Counted from the first letter of the stretch, positions 10,444 through 21,854 are shown. The stretch: 48,536 bases of DNA from Octopus sinensis (GCF_006345805.1 NW_021834420.1:1-48536), one strand, 5' to 3'. Numbers and translations are program-made. The notes: generated by a model from the sequence alone, not told the origin.

Positions 10444-11010
10444 TAACATTTTCTGGCGGCGTCATATGAAAATGTCCCTGCTACATATATATTCGTTTAA
10501 GAAACAGATTGGGTTTATTTACATTTCTGAAGAAAAAAAGAAACCCTTCACCCCACCCCAACCCTAAACTTAACCTTAACCCTAACCCTAACCCTAACTC
10601 TAACCCTAACCCTAAAACAGATTGAAATGCAATAGATCGATACTAGGGTCATAATTATGGGTGGACACTAAAGAGGGAACGGCTTTGTTATCTAGCTATG
10701 TTTACGAGTGACCCCTCAGTTTATGGCCACCGGATATCTTTTTTCTCATAAAAAACAGGGACATTTTTATATGACGCCGCCAGAAAATGTTACGGTAGAT
10801 ATCGTTTTCACTCAATAGATGTCATTGATTGGTTGAAATTGCCGAAATGCAAGAAATTAAACAACAAATATGTTACAAACTAGAGAATTTTCTCATGAAA
10901 GCCAAGAGCAAAAGATGTTTTATAAACACATTCTACCAGTATACGAAGTTTAAATTTTTTAGTTACATAGAAATTATTTTAAAAATCTGCCGGTCAAAGT
11001 GAAAAGATCC
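10444..11010. mobile_element. Rearranged copy of the GGATC MITE: interior inverted between 37-bp inverted repeats, left TIR absent
   Basis: IRs at 10444-10480 and 10756-10792 (1 mismatch). The interior is the reverse complement of the left half of the copies at 1687 and 44038. The right half and TIR (gtgaaaagatcc) are in standard orientation. Confidence 0.85.
10561..10614. repeat. Interstitial telomere-like (CCCTAA)n tract, about 9 imperfect units, inside a MITE
   Basis: accctaaacttaaccttaaccctaaccctaaccctaactctaaccctaaccctaa. Confidence 0.9.
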
Positions 11011-11040
11011 GTTTATTATCTCTTTATCTAAGAAACCATA

Positions 11041-11435
11041 TCTTTATATATAAAAGTGAGGTTGTGTGCTATCTGTCTCCTACGATTTAGATTCCTAACT
11101 ACTCCCACATTTTGCGGTGCAATTTAACCAAAACCGGGTATCTTATAGTCGTGATTCATATCGAGCCCTTCTGGGTATTAGCGCGCGTCTACGATGAGTC
11201 TACGATTTTTAAAAAAATGTACCATCAATTTTTCCCATTTTTAATGCATTTTTGGCATATATAAGGGAAGTAACTCTCTAAAAATTTATCATTAAATCTC
11301 AGAACGTAAAAAGCTACAGTAACACCACCTTTGGTGTTTAGCCATATTGAGATTGCTATTATACTTTACATCTCTAAAAATGCTTATATAGTTATTTCCC
11401 TTACAAACCCGAGCAACGCCGGGCGATACTGGTAG
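11041..11435 (+). mobile_element. Helitron-like element family H2
   Basis: A|TCtttatatataaaagtgagg...cccgagcaacgccgggcgatactggtag|T (terminal CTAG mutated to GTAG); A/T insertion site. Confidence 0.88.
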
Positions 11436-11634
11436 TAGGTTATAATTATCGTAGATTTAAGTTTCTGTTTATTTAATTTACCCGATTCTCTCTTCGATAA
11501 AATACGGAAATATGGAACATTATTTGTTAGTTACTTCGAATAATATTTATATCAGTAACTATAAATAAATGAGAAATGTTATATTTTATCATTATATTAA
11601 CATAATACTATATCATGATTATATATAATTTATA

Positions 11635-11931
11635 CTAGCAGTATCGCCCGGCGTTGCACGGGTTTGTAAGGGAAATAACTATATAAGCATTTTTAGAGAG
11701 TTACTTCCCTTATATAATAGCAAAAAACGCATTAAAAATGGAAAAAATGATGGTAAATTTTTTTTTAAATCGTAGACTCATCGTAGACGCGCGCTAATAC
11801 CCAGAAGGGCTCGATATGAATCACGACTATAAGATACCCGGTTTTGGTTAAACTGCACCGCAAAATGTGGGAGTAGTTAGGAATCTAAATCGTAGGAGAC
11901 AGACACACAACCTTACTTTTATATATAAAGA
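11635..11931 (-). mobile_element. Helitron-like element family H2 with ~96-bp internal deletion
   Basis: Minus strand A|TCtttatatataaaagtaagg...cccgtgcaacgccgggcgatactgCTAG|T. Confidence 0.9.
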
Positions 11932-12122
11932 TATATTTTCTTTGAGTAATTATAAATATTTGAAAATTATTGCATATAAATGGATAAGTTGATATGTTAG
12001 AAATGTCTTTTCGAACATACATAGGTATATTTATAGCATAAATATTGATTTACACGATTTATTACCGTCTCTTAAACTACGTAGGACTTTTGATACTTCA
12101 TTTATTTACATACCATTATTAC

Positions 12123-12186
<64 letters not shown>

Positions 12187-12793
12187 TACTAAAATAGCCA
12201 GCGATTGTTTTCGAGTTGAATGCATTTGAATTGATATTATTGGAGATACATTGAAACATTTTGTAAGTTGTAGATTTTCCTATGGTACTCGTTAACGCTC
12301 ATACTCCTAAACATAGGTATTTTTAATCAGTATTTTGCAACCTGGCAGTCGTTTTACATAGAATTTTGCCTGTCTTTGGAACCAAAACTCTGAAGAGACT
12401 TGTATACATGGATATGAATTGTTCGTAAATCAAATAATGTATATAAGTCGAAACAAATTGTTGGCTTTTTTGGGGTTTTTAATAATTTTTTTTATGTTGT
12501 CTTATCTTATATTATGTTATATTTATATTATATCATATTATATTATAAATATATTGTTAGATTGTTAATTGTATATCTCTATTTAATTTATTGTTTGCAT
12601 TTCGTACGTATACCCATATTTCTGTGGCATTCAGCTAACGTACTAGTGAATGGGATGTTTTATACCGCATTGAAGGAATTTTTCATTTGTCACACACACA
12701 TACATATATATAATATACTAATATATATATAATATATATATATCTACATATATATATATATATATATATAACACATATATAATATTTATACAA

Positions 12794-12794
<1 letters not shown>

Positions 12795-12890
<96 letters not shown>

Positions 12891-12895
12891 GTCTT

Positions 12896-12982
<87 letters not shown>
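12795..12982. repeat. (ATCT)n tetranucleotide microsatellite
   Basis: Direct reading. Confidence 0.97.
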
Positions 12983-12984
<2 letters not shown>

Positions 12985-13000
12985 ATATATATATAATTAT

Positions 13001-13045
13001 AAATTAGGGTATCTACGAGATACCACCAAGGTGAAAATAGCAGCC
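13001..13045 (+). repeat. Dispersed repeat end abutting (TA)n; matches 4885-4935
   Basis: Pairwise match described at 4885. Confidence 0.75.
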
Positions 13046-13390
13046 ATGATCTGACTCTAAAACTATCTTAATTGTCCATATTGCAAACACGGAGAGAAAA
13101 CAAAGAGACAAGATGAAACTAGTAAAAAATTACTGGATAATTCTAGATCCCGGATTTCTGACTTTGCATTTAGGAATGCTTTCCTGCATATAATACATAC
13201 CTGAAATATAGGACTAATTATTTCACTATTGGAAAAGTTAGTTATAAAGAATATAGAATCATAGAATTTTCATCTTAGAAAAGAAATGGAGAAATGGCAA
13301 GAACATTCCACTCATATTAAGCAACTGTACCTACTTTTGCTCTCACCACGTATATGCATATGTGTGTGTGTGTACATATCCATATGTATG

Positions 13391-13451
<61 letters not shown>

Positions 13452-13458
13452 TTAAAGG

Positions 13459-13507
13459 TAGATAGATAAATAGATAGATAGATAAATAAATAGATAGATA
13501 GATAGAT

Positions 13508-13569
<62 letters not shown>
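13459..13569. repeat. (AGAT)n tetranucleotide microsatellite
   Basis: Direct reading. Confidence 0.97.
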
Positions 13570-14124
13570 GTTGATGTAAGCGGAATTAATCTGAATGCTT
13601 TTTATGAGAAGGATCCGTTAGTTTGGATAATGCTGTTTTATTGCTCATAAAACAGAGGCAGATAAATCTGATCTTCCAATCATTTTTTCATGTGTGTGTA
13701 TGTTTGTGTGGAGTGTGTGTTTGTGGTGTGTGTGTGTGTTTGTGGTGTGTGTGTGTGTGGTGTGTGTGTGTGTGTGTGTGTGTGTTTTAGATATTTAAGA
13801 ATGGTAATTTGGCTATTAATAAGAATGAAAAAAAATATTACCATGGGAGATGGAACAAACAGAGTCTATGGCAGAATAGAAATTTTGGCTGAAGTACTTT
13901 TTGTTTGCATGTCATTAGGGTGATTGAACGTGTGTGATGTGGTATATAGACGCAAATGTAGGTGAATAGCGAAGTAGTTTTTTTTTTTTTTTTTAAATAA
14001 TGTGGTGTGCGCTGAGAGACGTATGATGCTAGAATAAAATGCTGGTGTTCCTGTTCTTGCAGGAAGATTCTATTTGGTAGAGAGTGCGTTCACAAAAATG
14101 GACGGTCTTAAAACTAAATATATC

Positions 14125-14296
14125 TATTTCTTTACTGCCCACAAGGTACTAAACTCAGAGGGGACTAACAAGGACAGACAAACGAATTAAGTCGATTATA
14201 TCGACCCTAGTGTGTTACTGGTACTTATTTAATCGACCCCGAAAGAATGAAAGGCAAAGTCGATCTCGGCGGAATTTGAACTCAGAACGTAACGGC
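14125..14296 (-). mobile_element. SINE family A1, 5'-truncated
   Basis: Reverse complement of the A1 copy at 25091-25320, from its 3' end to gccgttacgttctgag. Confidence 0.9.
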
Positions 14297-14377
14297 GTCG
14301 ATGTAATCGACTTAATCCGTTTGTCTGTCCTTGTTTGTCCCCTCTTTGTTTAGCCCCTTGTGGGCAATAAAGAAATA
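14297..14377 (+). mobile_element. SINE family A1 3' end, joined head-to-head to the previous copy
   Basis: gtcgatgtaatcgacttaatccgtttgtctgtccttgtttgtcccc...gtgggcaataaagaaata. Confidence 0.9.
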
Positions 14378-14483
14378 TATATTGGAGAAGAGGTAATTAA
14401 CCAAGAGGAGTAATTGTATAAGGGCGTAGTTGTCGTCGGGGGGAATTGTCCTGATCAGACAAAGAGATAGATAATATCCCGGA

Positions 14484-14514
<31 letters not shown>

Positions 14515-14534
14515 ATTATTTGAGGGAATATTAA

Positions 14535-14640
14535 TCCTAACTTACCGGGAAAAATTCAATTTAGAAATACTAAATCAAGTTTCACACAATATAATATATA
14601 TATATATATATAAATTAGAAAAACCCACCTTTTATCAATT
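14535..14640 (+). repeat. (TA)n-associated dispersed repeat homologous to 5060-5162
   Basis: aacttaccgggaaaaattcaatttag...taaatcaagtttcac...tataaattagaaaaacccac. Confidence 0.65.
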
Positions 14641-15329
14641 CAAAATGAACAATTAAATTACACCATCTAGAAATTACATTAATAGAAATATTAAAATTAA
14701 AATGACAATAATATACCGATGTTTAAGTAAATTGCCCAAAAAATAAAAAAACGTTATATATATATAGAATATATATATATATATATATATTGTGTGTGTG
14801 TGTGAGTATCTGTATGTGTTATACACACATATATACATCCATACATATATGGATGTATGTATGTTTTGATTTGGGGGGTTTCAATAAAGTGTGCACATAT
14901 TTTTGACACTAAGTTAATCAGTTGTAAGTCCACTTTTTCCAGCTATTGGCTGCAATACGCATATAGATCCACGCAGCAACACACTTAGACTCACGTGCAC
15001 GAACACACAATAATAAACACCGGGTTCTCTACGCACTGAACATTGAATCGTGTGTATATACACATTTGCACTGCATCGATGTGACAGGAATAAGTTCAGT
15101 TGAACTTTTAAGACTGCAGAGATCTGTTTGATTGGGTGTATGGGGTGGGGGTGGAAGAGGATGTGCAGTGTCGGTGGGGGGGAGGGGGGAGAAAAACTTA
15201 ATTGTTGAAAGTAAATAAAATAAAAGGAAGAAATAAAAAACATTCGCTAAGTCTGTTATTTTATGCTGCTGACATTTTTGACTGATGTGACATTGGAAAG
15301 AAGGTCAGATAATCAATTTATTCAAAAAA

Positions 15330-15330
<1 letters not shown>

Positions 15331-15371
<41 letters not shown>

Positions 15372-15386
15372 TAAATAAAATAAATA

Positions 15387-15417
<31 letters not shown>

Positions 15418-15440
15418 TAATAATAATAATAATAATAATA

Positions 15441-15479
<39 letters not shown>

Positions 15480-15490
15480 CTAATGATAAT
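15331..15490. repeat. (AAT)n/(GAT)n microsatellite
   Basis: Direct reading. Confidence 0.95.
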
Positions 15491-15682
15491 CTTGAAAAAT
15501 AGGTAAAAAGTAAAAAAAAACGTATTTAGAAAATAAGAACGGGAAAAGTGAAGTGGGAGAAAAAAAGCGGGGAAATAGGAATAAAAACATGAAAACTCGC
15601 AGAAAAAAAGATTATTGGTCAGGAGGAAACTGAAAAAAAAAATAAAACTGTTTATGGTTCGGCAGAAGAGAAAAAGAGAGAG

Positions 15683-15685
<3 letters not shown>

Positions 15686-15753
<68 letters not shown>

Positions 15754-15800
15754 AAGAAAAGAGAGAGGGATCTGATAGAGAGAGAGATAAAGAGAGAGAG
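15686..15800. repeat. (GA)n polypurine tract
   Basis: Direct reading. Confidence 0.95.
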
Positions 15801-15851
15801 ATCAGGCCAGGAAAGATGTAGAACAGAAGTTTATTATTGCTGTATTGTGTC

Positions 15852-16138
15852 TATTATTATTATTATTATTACTATTATTATTATTATTACTATTATTATT
15901 ATTACTATTATTATTATTACAATTATTATTATTACTATTATTATTATTATTATATTATTATTATTATTATTTTATTATTATTATTATTATTATATCATCA
16001 TCATCATCATCATCATCAACATTATATTATTATATTACTATTATATTACTATTATTATTATTATTATTGTTATTATTATTATATTATTAATTATTTATTA
16101 TTATTATTATTATTATTATCATATCATCATCATCATCA

Positions 16139-16179
<41 letters not shown>

Positions 16180-16247
16180 GTTATTATTATTATTATTGTT
16201 ATTATTATTATTATTGTTATTATTATTATTATTGTTATTATTATTGT
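15852..16247. repeat. Long compound (ATT)n/(ATC)n/(GTT) triplet tract
   Basis: Direct reading; source of the poly-Y/L/I ORFs. Confidence 0.96.
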
Positions 16248-17212
16248 CATCAGTTTTTGTGAATGTTTTGTGTTGTTGTTGTTGTTGTGGTGGTGGTGTC
16301 GTTTGTTACATTTTCAGTAGGTTTTTACTAATATTTTTTTTTTTTAATATTCCTATTGTTTTTATTTAGTGTTGCTTTTCACTATTTGGTTTCTTCCTTT
16401 AGATTTGTTTTTACGCTTATATCTTTTCGCTCTTTTTTATTTCATCTTTCGTTTCGTTGTATGTTGTTGTTGTTGTTGTCCTCGTTTGTTGTTGTGTTTA
16501 CTTTAGTTTTTTTTTCATCCATTTTATTGTTACTTTCAAAGGTTTAAAATTTTTCTATATACCCTCCTTTCTTTGTTTCCCTCAGTTGTTTTTGCTGTCA
16601 TTGTTGTTGTTATTGTTGTTGTTGTTGTTGTTTCACATTTTGTACTTCTTAATCACATGTGACTTTATTTTCTTAACATTTCTGTGTTTTTTCTATTCAT
16701 TTATTTATTTATCTCTTCATTTATGTTTGTGTCCAAACAGGTTGTTGGGGGTGGTGACGGGGCTTGTAATCATGTAAATTTCTGTAGTTGTGTGTGTGTA
16801 TATATGTATGTATATATGTATGTACGTATGTATGTATGTATATATATATGTATGTAAGTATGTGTAAGTGTGTGTGTGAAGTGGGTGTGTGTTTGTGTTT
16901 TGTCTATGTGAGAGTTGTCGTTTATTTACCTCTGTTGATATGTGTGAAAGTGAGAAAGAGAAATAAATAGTGAGAGAGTTGTTTGTATATATAATAGAAG
17001 TCAGAGTATATAATATAATATAAAATGTATAATATAATATAAAATCTCCAGAATCCGACGGAGCTAGAGGTGGTCGGCAATGTAAAAAAAAAACAGTTAA
17101 TATAATTTCTAAACCACGTTTTTGTGTCGTTAGGAGGGGTGAGTCGGGGTGGTGTTACAGGATAGGGAACATCCCTGATGAAATTACGCGTGTGTTTGTG
17201 CGTGTGCACGTA

Positions 17213-17253
<41 letters not shown>

Positions 17254-17503
17254 CTATGTGTATGTATGTTTCTGCCGTGTATGTGTTTCATTTTTAGTGA
17301 GTATAATATATATATATATACATATGTGTAAATGCACTCCAGCTATGATACCGACACGGAAATAAATATCTTTGCGTATGTATGTATGTATGTATGTATG
17401 TATGTATGTATGTATGTATGTATGTATGTATGTATGTATGTATGCATATACGTGTGTGTGTGGTGTGTTATGTGGGGGAGAAAAGATGGCAGAGAAAGAG
17501 AGG

Positions 17504-17537
<34 letters not shown>

Positions 17538-18505
17538 AGTACTTTACGCTTGGCAATCTCTGAGAGATATACAAATTGATACCAAATTTCTGCTGGTGTT
17601 AATGCTGTTTCGTTTCGTTGCCATAATGTATTGTAGATGTGTTATAGATTTTTCTAGCCAACGTCGTATCGTCACAAACGGCTGTGAACATTACCTCTCT
17701 GTACATAAAATGTGTTCGCAAACAAAACAAAAACAAAAAAAAAATACAACTGTAAATGCAACTCATTTCAATTCTGTTTGGAGTTCCATCGTAACTGTGC
17801 ACCATCCTTAACTGTCCACGAACACCGATATTTGTGGCTAAAGTAAACTCGGCAAACCAATTTGCATATCTGGTAGCTTGTGGGAATACTAAAATAGTGA
17901 TACGAGATTGATACCAAATATTTGATCTTTCGGTTGTTGTAGTTGTTGTTTGGATCCAAATCAAACCTGTGTAGATCAATAATCAATGACTATTTCATCC
18001 TCCTCTCATATACAGGACTTTGTTATTCAGTAAGTCGATCCCTTCTCAAGTCGGGAGGATGACATTTAAAGGAAACATCGCAACTTGTATTAAAACATTC
18101 TGGATATCTATGGAGACCTTTGTTGAGGTCAGCCTTAATTCATCAGACGTATCTTTGACCTAAGACGCTCTACCCATGGTCACCTCATCTTTTATCTAGT
18201 CATTCTGCATTCAATTTTACGTTATTCAATGTGTTCTTTTCTTTTTAAAGACAAACTGTTGGGAGGTCATATGTGGAACACTTAAAATTCTAGTTCTGTT
18301 CGGTCAGTCAGTGCTAATGTACGGTTAAACAGCAACTACCATCAATGAACTGATCTATTTAACTGTTGAAAGGAAGAGACCATGATACAGTGTTATATAA
18401 CCGGTGGTGGCTTTATCTTCCAAAACATCCCCAACAATTCTGAGATGAAATATTTACAAAGAGCTTCCCGAAGAAGACAAACAAGATGGTTTTTAATAGT
18501 ATATT

Positions 18506-19362
18506 TACAAAGTTCATTCCAGAAAGTTTAAGATTCCTTCAGGAGACATATTTATTAATTTCAATGCACTTAATTCTAGTCTCCTTCAAAGTAAGATCCT
18601 CTGACTCAAATGTACTCGCTGTAGCGCCCCAGCCCCTTCGTACAGGCTCCATAGATGTCCTCCAAAGTGAAGGTTTCCAGAACCCTGTCATAGCAACCCC
18701 CTCATCTTCTCAATGTCTTCAAGACAACAGCCCCTGAGGTTCTCCTTCATCCTGGGAACAGTAGGGAGGGTGATGTCCATCAATGTCAAGTTGTTGGTTA
18801 CCAGAATGGAATTGTGGACTGTTGCATTGTCTGGGTGCAGGTTCTCTAGTCTCTTGCGATGAAATCTCTTCCTCAACTCCCCCTGAACCTCAACAAAGTA
18901 CCTTTTGTTGACCGACTGACCAGGGGAAACCCATTGAATGTAGATGATGCTCTTGCTGTCGAAAAACAGGGCGGTGTCATCATGAGATTCGTTGTGGACT
19001 TGTATTGCTTGGCCTTTTGTACCAAATACTCGACTCATACAAAGACTATAAGCAGTCTGGATCATTTCATAAGTCTCGGTAGCACTTTTCTCACTTTAAC
19101 AGAAAACTTTATCGTACAACGAGCCTCCAAATTGTCTTCACCTCCCGACTGCATTCCGCGAATCAGTCAGCTGTAATAAACAGTAGGTTGTAGGGTGTCT
19201 TCAAAGTGCTGTTACTACCGTTCCCCTTCGATCTAGATTGACAAAAATTGGCAAGTCAGCTTATTAAATGTATAGTAACGATATACTAAAATTATAATAA
19301 TCTGGGATAGTTATAACAGCTTCTCTTAAAAACGTTTCAAAACTTCTGGAATGCACCTCATA
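18506..19362 (-). mobile_element. Internally deleted mariner DNA transposon remnant
   Basis: Degenerate TA-bounded TIRs: tacaaagttcattccagaaagttt at the left end and (minus) tatgaggtgcattccagaagtttt at the right end; transposase motifs lie between them. Confidence 0.8.
18576..19127 (-). pseudogene. Mariner transposase pseudogene (frameshifts, large internal deletion)
   Basis: N-terminal IKFSVKVRKSATETYEMIQTAY, catalytic-domain FFDSKSIIYIQWVSPGQSVNKRYF and LHPDNATVH, and C-terminal GSYFEGD* match mariner consensus motifs. Confidence 0.85.
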
Positions 19363-19754
19363 TTTCTGTTATTTAATGAAGCTTGGATTTGAACCCCTGT
19401 GCTGTAAAATATAGTTTTATTTTGTTTTTGTTTTTTAACTGACAGTATCATCAATCACTGTTTTAAGTATTTCTGTGTTGGAGTGACAGGAATCGTGTAA
19501 AGTGCCGGAATAAATATGATGCTGTCATTAGTTATGTCTCTTCACGTTCAAAGTTCAAATCCTGCCACGGTTAGTTAGGTCTCTTATATTCATGACAACA
19601 ATAATTAAATAAATACCAGTGATATACAAGGGCTGATTCAATCAATTTTACTTCAACATTACAAATATGTTTTACACTGCAGAAAATAAAATCAATTTCC
19701 ACTCCTTCTACACGAAATGAACCAATGTCTGGCGGGGGGGGGGGGCGTCTTCAT

Positions 19755-19960
19755 GGTATTTCGATCTGCCAGAAATAGCAACCATATCTCCCTTAATTAT
19801 ATCCGTCCATCTTTTAAAAAAGGGGGAAGAATGTGGTTTTGGACACACTGTGATTGAAAAAGAGAAAAAAAAAAAGAAAAAAGCAAGATGCCTTATGTTG
19901 GAATGAGATATGCTGATCATGAGTCCACTCCTTCGGAATTGACCAAGGGTTAAACAACAA
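19755..19960 (-). repeat. Unclassified dispersed repeat family F
   Basis: gaaatagcaaccatatctccct...ccaagggttaaacaacaa is the reverse complement of the pattern at 23022-23165. Confidence 0.55.
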
Positions 19961-20054
19961 TATCAACAACTTCAGAGATGAGTGGTCAGCGGTAAGAAAG
20001 ACACCATCATCATCCCCGTTATCACCATCATCATTATTAGCAGCAGCAGCAGCA

Positions 20055-20225
20055 GTGGAGGCGCAATGGCCCAGTGGTTAGGGCAGCGGATTCGTTGTGT
20101 GTGTTTATTGAGCGAAAACACCTAAAGCTCCACGAGGCTCCGGCAGGGGGTGGTGGCGACCCCTGTAGTACTCTTTCGCTCCAACTTTCTCTCACTCTTT
20201 CTTCCTGTTTCTTGTCCCCGACTTC
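20055..20225 (+). mobile_element. SINE family C (start of tail C2), B-box region deleted, 3'-truncated
   Basis: gtggaggcgcaatggcccagtggttagggcagcggattc joins directly to gttgtgtgtgtttattgagcg; about 38 nt missing versus 24165. Confidence 0.88.
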
Positions 20226-20779
20226 ATATGTCTTACACCGTTATCACCACCATCACCACCAACACCATCCATGAAAATCAACGGATGTTAAACAAGACCG
20301 CAGGAGACGTGGGTACACGTTGGCGAGTCCAAAAATACTGATGACAAAACAAGTCTGACAAATCAAGTCGTTGATTAAACAAGCGATCGTTCAGTAAATA
20401 GATTGTTTCATTGGCTAATTCGTTTCCTATTTGAATGATAATGAAATGAAATATAATCAGTGCGTGTGTATTAATTGGCAAAATGACCCTCTTAAGATAA
20501 AACAACGATAAAAACATTTTGTATTGTAAATGAGAAAAAGCTGGGATTAGATCCTCCACATTTTGACATGTTTCTATTGTTTTCTTTCTGAAACAAAACT
20601 AGTTAATGTTTTTTTTTTATTTTGTTTTCGTAAGTTTTGTCATTGTTTATATATTTTTGGTGTTTTAGATTTGAATTTTGGTTTCTCCATCTCAACCACT
20701 CCCCCTTTACCTTTTGTTTCTGCTGAATCAACATTATCCACCACACACATACATGTATGCATTTGTATATGTGTGTGTA

Positions 20780-20852
<73 letters not shown>

Positions 20853-21074
20853 CATACATACATACACCACGTATATACATAGATGTGTACATATAAACGC
20901 GTGTGTGTTTGTATATCTATCATGGAGGGTGGCAAGTTGACTTCTGATACCATTGAACAAAATCACGTTAAGTTTAGAACTTGTTGAAAGAGTAAAGACA
21001 CCAAAAGAATATTTCCTTTCTGATGTAATGTAGTCGTGTGCTATATCACGAAGCTAATACGTCACGCATTTAAG

Positions 21075-21116
21075 AAATCATTATCACTATTATCATCATC
21101 ATCATCATTATCATCA

Positions 21117-21160
<44 letters not shown>

Positions 21161-21258
21161 TAATTTATCATTATTATTATTATCATTATTTTTATTATTA
21201 TTATTATTATTATTACTATTATTATTATTATTATTATTATTATCATTATTTTTCATCA

Positions 21259-21305
<47 letters not shown>

Positions 21306-21403
21306 TTATTATTATTATCACTATTATTATTATCATTATTATCATTATTATTATTTTATTATTATTATTATTATTATTCTTATTATCATCATCATCATCA
21401 TCA

Positions 21404-21476
<73 letters not shown>

Positions 21477-21530
21477 CATCATCATCATCATCAGCATCCT
21501 CAATATCAACATCATCATCAACATCATCAC
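21075..21530. repeat. Long compound (ATT)n/(ATC)n triplet tract
   Basis: Direct reading; explains the 224-aa low-complexity ORF 21036-21710. Confidence 0.96.
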
Positions 21531-21610
21531 TACAATTTAACTAGAACAGTTCCTTCATATGTAATGTTATCGCCTTACATCACGAAACTCGAACTTCACA
21601 CTGAAGTGTG

Positions 21611-21661
<51 letters not shown>

Positions 21662-21797
21662 GAGTGCGTGTGAGTGCGTGTGTGTGAGACTTAAAAATTG
21701 GATTATTTAATCTGCGATGGAGACTTGGTAACAGGTATTATACAGTTTTACTTTGTTTCTGTTGTTTTTCTACATTTTTTGTTTCCCCCCTTTTAAG

Positions 21798-21854
21798 AGA
21801 CTCAGTCATTAGTGTGCCGCTATTGCTGTGTCAACACCACTTCGTTTTTCTCAC
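21798..21854 (+). CDS. Speculative 57-nt frame-preserving cassette exon
   Basis: Long pyrimidine tract ...tttgtttccccccttttaAG, then 57 nt, then C|GTAAGA. Two of three frames are open; no homology recognised. Confidence 0.2.

Noticed and set aside
10561-10614. Possible true telomere or chromosome-fusion scar
   Set aside because: The tract is short, imperfect and at a position homologous to TTAGGG units in other MITE copies.
10682-10702. ctttgttatctagctatg resembling miR-9
   Set aside because: It has an indel and 3' mismatches versus miR-9, no complementary star arm, and lies within the rearranged MITE.
20280-20560. TAAT-rich unique stretch (similar at 35160-35680) as a homeodomain-bound enhancer
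   Set aside because: Such short motifs are expected by chance in AT-rich DNA; this cannot be supported without conservation or chromatin data.
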